This document shows, one piece after another, positions 24,801 to 36,900 of a DNA stretch of 64,000 bases (its first letter is position 1; the number at the start of each line of letters is the position of its first letter). The notes below the pieces were generated by a model. It made no database searches. It saw nothing but the letters and a program-made list of their open reading frames with translations, and was not told the origin of the DNA. The position numbers were made by a program, and so were the translations under genes. Source of the DNA: Naegleria gruberi. Lineage: Eukaryota. The DNA is taken from NCBI GenBank assembly GCA_000004985.1, contig GG738929.1. The stretch is one strand, 5' to 3'.

Positions 24801-27800
24801 NNNNNNNNNNNNNNNNNNNNNNNNNNNNNNNNNNNNNNNNNNNNNNNNNNNNNNNNNNNNNNNNNNNNNNNNNNNNNNNNNNNNNNNNNNNNNNNNNNNN
24901 NNNNNNNNNNNNNNNNNNNNNNNNNNNNNNNNNNNNNNNNNNNNNNNNNNNNNNNNNNNNNNNNNNNNNNNNNNNNNNNNNNNNNNNNNNNNNNNNNNNN
25001 NNNNNNNNNNNNNNNNNNNNNNNNNNNNNNNNNNNNNNNNNNNNNNNNNNNNNNNNNNNNNNNNNNNNNNNNNNNNNNNNNNNNNNNNNNNNNNNNNNNN
25101 NNNNNNNNNNNNNNNNNNNNNNNNNNNNNNNNNNNNNNNNNNNNNNNNNNNNNNNNNNNNNNNNNNNNNNNNNNNNNNNNNNNNNNNNNNNNNNNNNNNN
25201 NNNNNNNNNNNNNNNNNNNNNNNNNNNNNNNNNNNNNNNNNNNNNNNNNNNNNNNNNNNNNNNNNNNNNNNNNNNNNNNNNNNNNNNNNNNNNNNNNNNN
25301 NNNNNNNNNNNNNNNNNNNNNNNNNNNNNNNNNNNNNNNNNNNNNNNNNNNNNNNNNNNNNNNNNNNNNNNNNNNNNNNNNNNNNNNNNNNNNNNNNNNN
25401 NNNNNNNNNNNNNNNNNNNNNNNNNNNNNNNNNNNNNNNNNNNNNNNNNNNNNNNNNNNNNNNNNNNNNNNNNNNNNNNNNNNNNNNNNNNNNNNNNNNN
25501 NNNNNNNNNNNNNNNNNNNNNNNNNNNNNNNNNNNNNNNNNNNNNNNNNNNNNNNNNNNNNNNNNNNNNNNNNNNNNNNNNNNNNNNNNNNNNNNNNNNN
25601 NNNNNNNNNNNNNNNNNNNNNNNNNNNNNNNNNNNNNNNNNNNNNNNNNNNNNNNNNNNNNNNNNNNNNNNNNNNNNNNNNNNNNNNNNNNNNNNNNNNN
25701 NNNNNNNNNNNNNNNNNNNNNNNNNNNNNNNNNNNNNNNNNNNNNNNNNNNNNNNNNNNNNNNNNNNNNNNNNNNNNNNNNNNNNNNNNNNNNNNNNNNN
25801 NNNNNNNNNNNNNNNNNNNNNNNNNNNNNNNNNNNNNNNNNNNNNNNNNNNNNNNNNNNNNNNNNNNNNNNNNNNNNNNNNNNNNNNNNNNNNNNNNNNN
25901 NNNNNNNNNNNNNNNNNNNNNNNNNNNNNNNNNNNNNNNNNNNNNNNNNNNNNNNNNNNNNNNNNNNNNNNNNNNNNNNNNNNNNNNNNNNNNNNNNNNN
26001 NNNNNNNNNNNNNNNNNNNNNNNNNNNNNNNNNNNNNNNNNNNNNNNNNNNNNNNNNNNNNNNNNNNNNNNNNNNNNNNNNNNNNNNNNNNNNNNNNNNN
26101 NNNNNNNNNNNNNNNNNNNNNNNNNNNNNNNNNNNNNNNNNNNNNNNNNNNNNNNNNNNNNNNNNNNNNNNNNNNNNNNNNNNNNNNNNNNNNNNNNNNN
26201 NNNNNNNNNNNNNNNNNNNNNNNNNNNNNNNNNNNNNNNNNNNNNNNNNNNNNNNNNNNNNNNNNNNNNNNNNNNNNNNNNNNNNNNNNNNNNNNNNNNN
26301 NNNNNNNNNNNNNNNNNNNNNNNNNNNNNNNNNNNNNNNNNNNNNNNNNNNNNNNNNNNNNNNNNNNNNNNNNNNNNNNNNNNNNNNNNNNNNNNNNNNN
26401 NNNNNNNNNNNNNNNNNNNNNNNNNNNNNNNNNNNNNNNNNNNNNNNNNNNNNNNNNNNNNNNNNNNNNNNNNNNNNNNNNNNNNNNNNNNNNNNNNNNN
26501 NNNNNNNNNNNNNNNNNNNNNNNNNNNNNNNNNNNNNNNNNNNNNNNNNNNNNNNNNNNNNNNNNNNNNNNNNNNNNNNNNNNNNNNNNNNNNNNNNNNN
26601 NNNNNNNNNNNNNNNNNNNNNNNNNNNNNNNNNNNNNNNNNNNNNNNNNNNNNNNNNNNNNNNNNNNNNNNNNNNNNNNNNNNNNNNNNNNNNNNNNNNN
26701 NNNNNNNNNNNNNNNNNNNNNNNNNNNNNNNNNNNNNNNNNNNNNNNNNNNNNNNNNNNNNNNNNNNNNNNNNNNNNNNNNNNNNNNNNNNNNNNNNNNN
26801 NNNNNNNNNNNNNNNNNNNNNNNNNNNNNNNNNNNNNNNNNNNNNNNNNNNNNNNNNNNNNNNNNNNNNNNNNNNNNNNNNNNNNNNNNNNNNNNNNNNN
26901 NNNNNNNNNNNNNNNNNNNNNNNNNNNNNNNNNNNNNNNNNNNNNNNNNNNNNNNNNNNNNNNNNNNNNNNNNNNNNNNNNNNNNNNNNNNNNNNNNNNN
27001 NNNNNNNNNNNNNNNNNNNNNNNNNNNNNNNNNNNNNNNNNNNNNNNNNNNNNNNNNNNNNNNNNNNNNNNNNNNNNNNNNNNNNNNNNNNNNNNNNNNN
27101 NNNNNNNNNNNNNNNNNNNNNNNNNNNNNNNNNNNNNNNNNNNNNNNNNNNNNNNNNNNNNNNNNNNNNNNNNNNNNNNNNNNNNNNNNNNNNNNNNNNN
27201 NNNNNNNNNNNNNNNNNNNNNNNNNNNNNNNNNNNNNNNNNNNNNNNNNNNNNNNNNNNNNNNNNNNNNNNNNNNNNNNNNNNNNNNNNNNNNNNNNNNN
27301 NNNNNNNNNNNNNNNNNNNNNNNNNNNNNNNNNNNNNNNNNNNNNNNNNNNNNNNNNNNNNNNNNNNNNNNNNNNNNNNNNNNNNNNNNNNNNNNNNNNN
27401 NNNNNNNNNNNNNNNNNNNNNNNNNNNNNNNNNNNNNNNNNNNNNNNNNNNNNNNNNNNNNNNNNNNNNNNNNNNNNNNNNNNNNNNNNNNNNNNNNNNN
27501 NNNNNNNNNNNNNNNNNNNNNNNNNNNNNNNNNNNNNNNNNNNNNNNNNNNNNNNNNNNNNNNNNNNNNNNNNNNNNNNNNNNNNNNNNNNNNNNNNNNN
27601 NNNNNNNNNNNNNNNNNNNNNNNNNNNNNNNNNNNNNNNNNNNNNNNNNNNNNNNNNNNNNNNNNNNNNNNNNNNNNNNNNNNNNNNNNNNNNNNNNNNN
27701 NNNNNNNNNNNNNNNNNNNNNNNNNNNNNNNNNNNNNNNNNNNNNNNNNNNNNNNNNNNNNNNNNNNNNNNNNNNNNNNNNNNNNNNNNNNNNNNNNNNN

Positions 27801-28929
27801 NNNNNNNNNNNNNNNNNNNNNNNNNNNNNNNNNNNNNNNNNNNNNNNNNNNNNNNNNNNNNNNNNNNNNNNNNNNNNNNNNNNNNNNNNNNNNNNNNNNN
27901 NNNNNNNNNNNNNNNNNNNNNNNNNNNNNNNNNNNNNNNNNNNNNNNNNNNNNNNNNNNNNNNNNNNNNNNNNNNNNNNNNNNNNNNNNNNNNNNNNNNN
28001 NNNNNNNNNNNNNNNNNNNNNNNNNNNNNNNNNNNNNNNNNNNNNNNNNNNNNNNNNNNNNNNNNNNNNNNNNNNNNNNNNNNNNNNNNNNNNNNNNNNN
28101 NNNNNNNNNNNNNNNNNNNNNNNNNNNNNNNNNNNNNNNNNNNNNNNNNNNNNNNNNNNNNNNNNNNNNNNNNNNNNNNNNNNNNNNNNNNNNNNNNNNN
28201 NNNNNNNNNNNNNNNNNNNNNNNNNNNNNNNNNNNNNNNNNNNNNNNNNNNNNNNNNNNNNNNNNNNNNNNNNNNNNNNNNNNNNNNNNNNNNNNNNNNN
28301 NNNNNNNNNNNNNNNNNNNNNNNNNNNNNNNNNNNNNNNNNNNNNNNNNNNNNNNNNNNNNNNNNNNNNNNNNNNNNNNNNNNNNNNNNNNNNNNNNNNN
28401 NNNNNNNNNNNNNNNNNNNNNNNNNNNNNNNNNNNNNNNNNNNNNNNNNNNNNNNNNNNNNNNNNNNNNNNNNNNNNNNNNNNNNNNNNNNNNNNNNNNN
28501 NNNNNNNNNNNNNNNNNNNNNNNNNNNNNNNNNNNNNNNNNNNNNNNNNNNNNNNNNNNNNNNNNNNNNNNNNNNNNNNNNNNNNNNNNNNNNNNNNNNN
28601 NNNNNNNNNNNNNNNNNNNNNNNNNNNNNNNNNNNNNNNNNNNNNNNNNNNNNNNNNNNNNNNNNNNNNNNNNNNNNNNNNNNNNNNNNNNNNNNNNNNN
28701 NNNNNNNNNNNNNNNNNNNNNNNNNNNNNNNNNNNNNNNNNNNNNNNNNNNNNNNNNNNNNNNNNNNNNNNNNNNNNNNNNNNNNNNNNNNNNNNNNNNN
28801 NNNNNNNNNNNNNNNNNNNNNNNNNNNNNNNNNNNNNNNNNNNNNNNNNNNNNNNNNNNNNNNNNNNNNNNNNNNNNNNNNNNNNNNNNNNNNNNNNNNN
28901 NNNNNNNNNNNNNNNNNNNNNNNNNNNNN
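837..28929. other. Assembly gap, a run of about 28.1 kb of N
   Basis: Continuous n characters. The 9383-aa ORF spanning it in the track is an artefact. Confidence 0.99.
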
Positions 28930-29265
28930 TGAATGCTGCGGTTGCGTTTTTTTTCCTTGGGTGTATTTTTAGAAGTGAAATTGTGTTTCTTTCAAAGTCT
29001 AGTTGAATGTTTCACTTGGCGAAAGTTTAATAACATGGTTTTCAACTTTATTAAAACTTAAACAAATTTGAGATATTGAAATTAAACAGATGATGTTTGA
29101 CAACATATATTGGCTCAATTTCTTTGCAAGATGAAAAATCTCAATTTGAAAAAGAGTGCTTGTATTGGATAGAGTAATTCCAGATGGTCCTTTCCCATAT
29201 TCCCACAAATCACTGTAAAGCAAGGGTAGAAAGAAGAACCATTATTAGAGAATTTAAAGACAATA

Positions 29266-29868
29266 ATGTTATTTTTTTACACAATACTTTTTGAAATTTT
29301 AGATAAGCTTGATCCCAAACTTGCAGTTAACAACATTTTAATCAGATATATTCAATTAAGATTTGAGGAATTTCCAGAGATGACACTCTATTTTTGGCAT
29401 AAATTAAATAGATTGGAGAAAAGAGGTGAAGAATTATTTTCAGATGGTCAATATTCATTCTTGGAAACTGTTGAAGATCCCATTCTATTACATCCATTGT
29501 TTTTTCTGTTTTCACTTCTTGATATGAAGAATGATTCAAATCTTGCTCTTTCTAAAATTGGAAAGCATTGTGAATATTTGATGAAACAGAATTGTTTGAA
29601 CAGTGGAGAGACCTTTTTATCCATTGGAAAGTTAAGAAAGCTATGGGATGATTCAATTGAGGAAGCAATCGTTTTTAATATTGAACTCTTGTCATTTCCA
29701 AATATTATGCTAAATCATATTAGAAATCGAATGATTTCTGATCAGTCTGTTCGATTGTTACTCCGTGAATTTTCTATCATTGCTTCATTGTTACAAAGTG
29801 AGGAGTGGTTCTTTCAAACTGTAAAATTATCTTCTCTTTTATTTAATTGGTTTAAATATGGTATTTGA
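29266..29868 (+). CDS. Hypothetical protein (200 aa); possibly the terminal exon of a gene that begins in the gap
   Basis: ATG-initiated ORF with protein-like composition and no recognisable domain. A possible GTAAAG...TTTTAG intron just upstream could join it to sequence nearer the gap. Confidence 0.3.
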   Translation: MLFFYTILFEILDKLDPKLAVNNILIRYIQLRFEEFPEMTLYFWHKLNRLEKRGEELFSDGQYSFLETVEDPILLHPLFFLFSLLDMKNDSNLALSKIGKHCEYLMKQNCLNSGETFLSIGKLRKLWDDSIEEAIVFNIELLSFPNIMLNHIRNRMISDQSVRLLLREFSIIASLLQSEEWFFQTVKLSSLLFNWFKYGI

Positions 29869-30258
29869 TGGATTCAAAATATGATTAATTAAATTGAACA
29901 ATTCAAAGCAGAGCCATCTCTGAACCAATCAGTTTGCTAATAACTGAAAGTATGGTTGAGTTCAACATCGAATAATTGACTGTTTTGCTTCTTGAGGGTC
30001 ATTGTAACTGGCTTATCAATTTGGAATTGATCACCACTAATGTGCAAAGTGAGCTGGTCAACTCTGTCAAAATCCTTTTACTTTTTAACAATAAAACAAC
30101 CTATTCATCTATGCAAGCAAGTTACGTTGCATCCAAAACGTGATTATTGAAAATAAAAAGTTGAGTTTACAACAAAACGTATTTTTAGTTTTAGAATTCA
30201 ACAGGTTCAATAAATTCAAATAAAAATAGATTTACTTGTTTTAAACAAATTCAAAAAA

Positions 30259-30873
30259 ATGCAAACAATAAGACTCGTAATCGGCAGCTCATCTCTTGGT
30301 ACTTTTAACAATAATGGTACGAAATCTATTCGAAATCTTTCGCAAGATTTTAAATCTTCTGAAGGATTATTGGAAAGTTTCGAAACTTTGAAACAAGCTC
30401 TTGAAGTCTTTTTGAGAAATCAGATTTCAAATAATGTTGAAGATGAAAGATCTGATTTGAAAAATTTCAGAATCAGTTTTGTAATCAAATCAAAGTTTAA
30501 TAAAAAACCATCACCACTTCGAAACGAATCTGATTTTTCCCGTTTGGTTGAATTAGTGAAGAAAGTAGAGGAGGCACAAATGTTAGTAATTCGAATGGAT
30601 TTGAAAAAGAAAAATAAACTTATTCGAAACAAGAGAAACTTGGAAAAGGATGAAGAAATCGAAGCTAAAAAGAATCAAATAAAAAGTTTGCAAAATGAAA
30701 TTGAATCCAAACGACAAGAGCTGAAAAACTTAACTTTGGAATTGAAGGATCTTTACAATACTAAGAAATCTGAGGATCAACTGGTTGGATTGATGAATAA
30801 GATATCTCTCGATCAACCATCTAAACCATACAATTCCACACACAATTCGAAAAAGATAAAATATAAGAAATAA
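30259..30873 (+). CDS. Hypothetical coiled-coil protein (204 aa)
   Basis: ATG preceded by an A-rich context (aaaaaaATG). The K/E-rich heptad-like C-terminal half (EEIEAKKNQIKSLQNEIESKRQELKNLTLELKDL) suggests a coiled coil. TAA stop. Confidence 0.45.
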   Translation: MQTIRLVIGSSSLGTFNNNGTKSIRNLSQDFKSSEGLLESFETLKQALEVFLRNQISNNVEDERSDLKNFRISFVIKSKFNKKPSPLRNESDFSRLVELVKKVEEAQMLVIRMDLKKKNKLIRNKRNLEKDEEIEAKKNQIKSLQNEIESKRQELKNLTLELKDLYNTKKSEDQLVGLMNKISLDQPSKPYNSTHNSKKIKYKK

Positions 30874-31141
30874 AATTATTGATTTACATGAATTCTATAT
30901 TATGACTACACTTCAATTCTCTAAAAAGGTTGGTAGAATCTACAACATGAACAGTTCATATCCAATCGTGCTTGCTAATTGAGTATCTACTTGGGAGTTG
31001 GTTATTAATCTCTTGACTAGATGTGTATCTTTAGAATAAATATTANAACCATACTTTCCATCTTTCTGAATAGATTCATACTTGATAGCATATTCATCAC
31101 CAAGAATAGTTTCTGAGAGAGGCCTTTCACTTTCTATCTGG

Positions 31142-31725
31142 NNNNNNNNNNNNNNNNNNNNNNNNNNNNNNNNNNNNNNNNNNNNNNNNNNNNNNNNNNN
31201 NNNNNNNNNNNNNNNNNNNNNNNNNNNNNNNNNNNNNNNNNNNNNNNNNNNNNNNNNNNNNNNNNNNNNNNNNNNNNNNNNNNNNNNNNNNNNNNNNNNN
31301 NNNNNNNNNNNNNNNNNNNNNNNNNNNNNNNNNNNNNNNNNNNNNNNNNNNNNNNNNNNNNNNNNNNNNNNNNNNNNNNNNNNNNNNNNNNNNNNNNNNN
31401 NNNNNNNNNNNNNNNNNNNNNNNNNNNNNNNNNNNNNNNNNNNNNNNNNNNNNNNNNNNNNNNNNNNNNNNNNNNNNNNNNNNNNNNNNNNNNNNNNNNN
31501 NNNNNNNNNNNNNNNNNNNNNNNNNNNNNNNNNNNNNNNNNNNNNNNNNNNNNNNNNNNNNNNNNNNNNNNNNNNNNNNNNNNNNNNNNNNNNNNNNNNN
31601 NNNNNNNNNNNNNNNNNNNNNNNNNNNNNNNNNNNNNNNNNNNNNNNNNNNNNNNNNNNNNNNNNNNNNNNNNNNNNNNNNNNNNNNNNNNNNNNNNNNN
31701 NNNNNNNNNNNNNNNNNNNNNNNNN
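31142..31725. other. Assembly gap (584 N)
   Basis: Run of n characters. The + strand ORF 31082-31864 across it is an artefact. Confidence 0.99.
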
Positions 31726-32693
31726 TATGAAGATACTATGTTATAGCTGGATGGCTCTCCTTCAAAAATTCCTGTTCTCAATAGAGTATCTATTCTATTG
31801 TTTCCATTATCAGAACGATATTCCAGACACCACTTTACCAAGTCCAAATTTCCAATCCAAATAGCCAAGAATTGAAACGTAAATTCTGTTGAGAAAATTG
31901 GGATAAACTCCTCCCTTTCAAAATTCTTTCCTTTGGACAATTGATTCACGAATTTCATGCTTGTTACTTGTAATCCAATAGTATTTTCCAAAAAATCACA
32001 TACCCAAACAGCAGCATTGATTTCACTATTTAAATATTTGATTTTCATACCTGAAAGGTATTGCACAATCCAGATCAAGTATTGTCTCGGAATTAAACTA
32101 CTATTGAAATAGTCCACTTCAATCCAATGACTTACCAATGGTAGGGACATGTACTCATCATTGGCTAAAAACTCTGCTATATTCATATTAAAAACATCAC
32201 TCGGTTCAACAACCTTCTCAACATTTTGATTATCCCCAATAATTGATCCAATTAATTTCAACATGGGCTCAAATAATTTGTCAAACAAATACCTAATACA
32301 TGCCGATACTCTAACTGATCCAAAATATGAAAGATTATCCTCTCCGATGGCCAATCTAACAAGAAACTTTATAACCATATTGTCTGGAAATTCCACCAAT
32401 TGATCAATCCAACCCTTGGTAATTGTAATAAAATCATCCTGTTCAATTATTCCTGTATAACCACCTTGTGTTCTTGTACGCAATTCTAAATCATGAAGCC
32501 AAATATGTAATTCAAAACCAGCAGCTAATTGATTCCTCACCAAATGCTTCCAAAATACCTCCGTCTCAGTAATGTGGTAGAATGATGTACAAACCGATCG
32601 AAATTGGAAAATATTATTGTGAAGATGATACGGATCGTGACTGTATGAGGTGATGTGTAATAAAATTTCGGAAGGCAAATCAGTAAGGATCAT
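31726..32693 (-). CDS. F-box domain protein, N-terminal about 322 aa visible; the remainder runs into the 31142-31725 gap
   Basis: ATG at 32693. The N-terminus LTDLPSEILLHITSYSHDPYHL...FRSVCTSFYHI fits the F-box consensus (LPxEIL..I..YL ... VCK.W). The ORF is open to the gap edge. Confidence 0.55.
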
Positions 32694-33988
32694 CTGAATT
32701 TTTTTAATTATTTACAATTTTAAATGTGAAAAATGTTAGACAGGTGGTAGAGCATTAACAAGACTCCAAAAGATTAGAAGGAAACAATCGGTAAGTTTCG
32801 TTTAAGCCATCATCAGTTTCATCTAACTAAATTTATTGTAACACTGTAATGTCAATCATTAAGACTCCATTAATAGGTTTCTACCAGTTGGTAAATTAGG
32901 AACAACCATGTTGCTACTAGCAATTGAAATCTTGTCAAGTTCTGCTTGATAGGTATTTGCATAGGAACGTAAATTTGTGAACACAGTATCAAGGGTTGTT
33001 GTTGTCAATACTATATTATGCAGGTGGGGGTATGTTCAGTATTTTGTTGTTCTCAAAAGCCACAAAAAAAATTTACAAGTCCAATAAAAAACATATTTTG
33101 CAAATATCAGGTCTTTTACTTTGTGGAAGAACACAAAAAATGACAAATAAAACTCAATGGATGATACTCTCTTTTTATTCATCTTTTCGATTTGTTTTTA
33201 ATGAGAAAATTGATTTTGAGGTGTTTTGCAAGATTTATTCACTTATTTTACACCAACAACAAAACCAAAAATGCAATCAATAAAAAATATTGTGATTTTT
33301 TGGCAATCAATTTTTGGCTGGATTTTGTTCATGTTATTAAAGCTGTGCACTACTACATAAAATTGAGACCAGGTAGAAGTACACACAATACATCAAATCG
33401 TTCTAGTTGATCTCTAGAATTTGATTTTAGGTTGCGTGAGATTCTAGTATCTATAGTTTTGGAATTTGAATTGTTTTTAAGAAAAAAGAATCATCTTGGC
33501 CCAGTTTCTTGCTGAAGGTGAGTTTGGAAAACTGAGAGCAGTTGGATGAAGAGAGAATACACTAACATACGCAATACTGGGTCTAGTTTTCAAAAATCTT
33601 GTCGTCATGATTCTAGTATATCCCCTTTACATCGAACTCAACACTCGTATATGATTTTCTCAATATATACACAATAAAATCAATATGTCACAAGGCAATA
33701 ATATAGATGCACATAAATATTAGTAAATTTGAAATATTTACTGGTTTTTGTTGTTTATTGGTTGAGCTATTGAATTTTACCATTAATTTTCGCTAGCGGC
33801 AAGTCAACATTCCCCTCCCTTGATATTATTTGAGTTGAATAAATTCTGTAGTCACCTTACATGATTTAGCATAGACCATACGATTAGTTTTTTCTGTTCA
33901 TTTGCAGCCGGAATATCTTTTTTTATTATATTTTGAAAGGTTTGCTTTTGGAGCTGACACCCTAATATTAATCAACAACTCAATTTTC

Positions 33989-36900
33989 ATGAATAAGTCG
34001 TCATCTAAAAAAATGGAACAAGCCACCAGTTCTGAACCCACAGCAAACAAACAGTTTCGTGCTTACGTTACACAGCAAATATCTTCAATTCCAACAGCAT
34101 CACCAACATGTGCCAACTTTGCTGAACAACAAGATGTAGAAGAAGATCATGACTATCACACAAATGTCAACATTTATTGCCCTCATTGTAAATCATTTTT
34201 CTGTGAAAACTGTCATTCGTTATGTGTTTATTCTTCCTTGGAATCCAACAGTAAAATTCCCATGTCAAAAAAGAAAACAGTACAGGCCGAACATTTAAAA
34301 CATCAGTGGAATATCAATGAGGATTATCAACAAAATATCCAACAAGATGTGATGCAATTATTCATCGTTACGAACAATCTGGTTAGTATGATACAACGAT
34401 GGACAAATGACACAACTAACGTCAATCTACAGGACATTATTGACCAATACGAATTATTTAAAACAGCCACAAGCAAACATATCATCACTCCCTATTTCAA
34501 TAGAACATTTTTAGAACCGCTGACCCCTATTTGTGAAAAAATTTCTATTTTCCACAAAGCACAAGAACAGGTCAACAAATTCTCTGAAATGTTTAAAAAA
34601 TACAATAACAAAGCTCTTGATATAATGGATAGCTTTACTTTGGCTTCCACTGAAATGCGATCATTTTGTAAATCATACCTTAAGATTTCTAATGACAAAA
34701 TGGAGGAATATTTATCTCTAGCAAACACAGCAGAAAAGCTTAAATGGAATGCCATTAATTCCAAAAATCCAATGAAGTGTTGTGTTGTGGGAATTACTAA
34801 TTCTGGTAAAACTACTTTAATGAATGCAATTCTTGGAATGAACCTTTTGCCAAGTAAGGAAGGGAGATGTACAATTGCTAATACAGAATTAAGATATGCA
34901 GATTATGATAAACGTAAAATTGAAATCAAGGAAGAACATGGTACTTTCAACACACTTTCTCAATTTACTTCAGAGTATCTGATGCAACATGAATCAATTC
35001 CTGAAGAAGTTGTATCTACTTTTGGTGTTTCTGAAAAAACCAAATCAGAACAGAAGAAGGATAGAGAATCTCAAAAAACTATAAGAGTTCATTGGGATTC
35101 TCTCTTGTTAAAAACAGGAATAGCCTTTAGTGATACACCTGGATATGATGATATTTATGAAGAGGAAGTTTTATTCAACACTTACAAAAGACAATCAAAG
35201 AAAAAAGCTTTGCCTAAAAATGTAATGGTCAACCCTCAAACATTAGAATTTATTCAAGAATCTGAACTTGTTATTCTAGTAGTTGATATTAATCACACAT
35301 ATACTTCCAAAGATGCTGTTCTAAACTTGTTGGACATTGATGAATTAAAAGGCAAACAAATCATGGTTGTGATGAATAAGTGTAACATGTTTGGAAGTAT
35401 TGGAAAACGTGAAGACAGAGGTTGGGAAAGTTTCATTCACTATTGTGAAGAATATGAAAATACAAAAACTGCATCATCACCTCCATTATTATTACAATTT
35501 TACAAAATGGTAAACAATACTCATGAAAAAGCTAGAACAACATTTGAAGCATGTCTGCTTAATCATATTGATATGATGAGTACAAAAGGTATTTCTGTAA
35601 ACCAAATATATCCATTATCTGCTATGGAATCCCTTTGTTGTAAAGTAGAAGGAACTGAATTGGATTTGCCGTTCACTCTATTTGAAAAAGCACTATTTAA
35701 TATTATGGAAGATATTACAAAGAAGCGTATGTCTAATTTTGCTTCTGTTGCACACTTTTCAGTCAATACATTCCTGAGATCAACTTTGCTATGCAAAAAT
35801 TGGCATGTAAAGATGTATCAAATGCAACTCGAAAAGAAAAAACAACTGGAGGACATATCAAGTCTTGTTGAAAAGTTCAGAGAACGAATTCAACAAATTA
35901 TTCAAGATTTAAGGCAGGACATTATTGAAGTTTTTGAGAGAACATCGAGTCAAAGTAGTTCCAAGAAAATTGAAGAAGCCATGCATATTATTCACACAAA
36001 AGTTTCTGTTGAATTTAAAGAATTCTTGAAGGAACGTATTGCACAAGATCCCAAGTTATCTGTTTCAGATTGGGCCTACATAATTTCCATAACAATATTT
36101 GCAATTCCTATTTCAATAATTTTGCTTGGTATTGCGGTTCTATTAGTCCCAGTGTTGATGCCTATCATGTTTCCATATGTAATGGTAAAAACAATTTTGG
36201 ACATGGTAACAGATTTAAAAAAGAAAAAGAAGAGCAATATTATTGATGAACTAGTTTATAAAAGTGAGAGAATTCAAGTAAGTGAGGAAGAATCAGATAG
36301 TGCTGAAAACGATACTGATGACGTTCCAGAAGTACTCTCCACAACATTATTGGCTCTTGATTCACAAAATCTAGATGTAAATCAAGTCATCCAAAAGATA
36401 ATGCAGAGTTATCCTGATATGTTTTGTCTAGAAATTGAAAAGCATCTAATATCTAAAGTTGAAAATGAGTACAACGACAAACTGAAAACATTTAACTTTG
36501 TACTTTGTAAAGATGGGAAAGAATTAGCATTTTTTAATGCCTGGAAAGAGTTTCAAAAAGATCAGAATGGATGTGAACAGCTTTACAATTACTATTGCAA
36601 GACTTCATCTTTGTTTTTTGATATTAACACAAAATTTTCACTTTCAAATTTGAAATCTTTTGAATTTTGTGGACACGGAGCATTTGGTAAAACCTATCGT
36701 TTAAATAATATTACTGCAATCAAGTATATTTCTACAATTAAGCTTGCTGAACATATTTTAGATAGAGAACTATTTTATAATTCACAACTTTCACATGCAC
36801 ATATTGTTAAAAGCATGCTAATTAAAAAGGAAGAAACTGAAAACGCTTTAAACGGTTACATTTATCAAGAGTATCTCCCACAAACTCTTTCACAATGGGC

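Noticed and set aside
781-28932. 9383-aa ORF in the six-frame track
   Set aside because: It consists almost entirely of translated N characters (X). Only the first 18 codons are real sequence.
31082-31864. 260-aa + strand ORF spanning the 31142-31725 gap
   Set aside because: It is held open only by the N-run. The flanking real sequence is antisense to the F-box gene.
32700-33988. Small ORFs 32996-33283 and 33192-33410, and the repeated gattctagtat 11-mer (about 33441 and about 33610)
   Set aside because: The ORFs are short, K/N/F-rich and in an AT-rich intergenic region upstream of the GTPase-kinase gene. The 11-mer occurs only twice, so I cannot distinguish a regulatory motif from chance.
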